From: Neoconidiobolus thromboides FSU 785
Lineage: Eukaryota; Fungi; Entomophthoromycota
Length of the DNA: 46,877 nucleotides
Assembly (NCBI GenBank): GCA_025603075.1
Contig: MU626415.1
Span: forward strand, 1 to 46,877
Direction of reading: 5' to 3'
The position numbers and the translations under genes were made by a program. This document shows positions 46,876-46,877 of the stretch, in pieces; position 1 is the stretch's first letter, and the number at the start of each line of letters is the position of its first letter. The notes beneath the pieces are model-generated. The model worked only from the letters and a program-made list of their open reading frames with translations, was not told the DNA's origin and did not search any database.

Positions 46876-46877
46876 AC

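Overview
Very AT-rich eukaryotic DNA with short (about 50-70 nt) spliceosomal introns. It is most consistent with an early-diverging fungus, probably Zoopagomycota/Entomophthoromycotina; the taxon is an inference from composition, intron style and gene content. The core housekeeping genes are a TBC1D5-like RabGAP, VPS54, RTF2, a KIN1/MARK kinase, a CID/CHERP-like protein, two head-to-head CNNM/Mam3 paralogues, a cyclin K/T-type cyclin, MTQ2/HEMK2, UBA1, dCMP deaminase, RPT2 and GCP2/SPC97. There are two tRNA genes, Leu-CAA and Arg-ACG. Gene-sparse stretches hold intronless secreted-protein genes: a divergent pair of 6-Cys tandem-repeat proteins (one missed by the ORF track), a bacterial-style alkaline-phosphatase-superfamily enzyme with a CACGTG box next to a TATA box, and a small secreted protein with KR sites. 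At least 12 copies of a roughly 100-bp MITE (TGGGGATG...CATCCCCA) occur, all intergenic. The best leads are the MITE, which carries an intron-like GT..TACTAAC..YAG module and shows inverted-pair and fold-back derivatives; the 6-Cys repeat family; a cyclin with about 16 tandem RKNSL-type phospho-site repeats; reciprocal intron differences between the CNNM duplicates; and a GC-AG intron with a competing out-of-frame GT donor. No database searches were run. Gene names come from recognising motifs, and exon boundaries were traced by eye.
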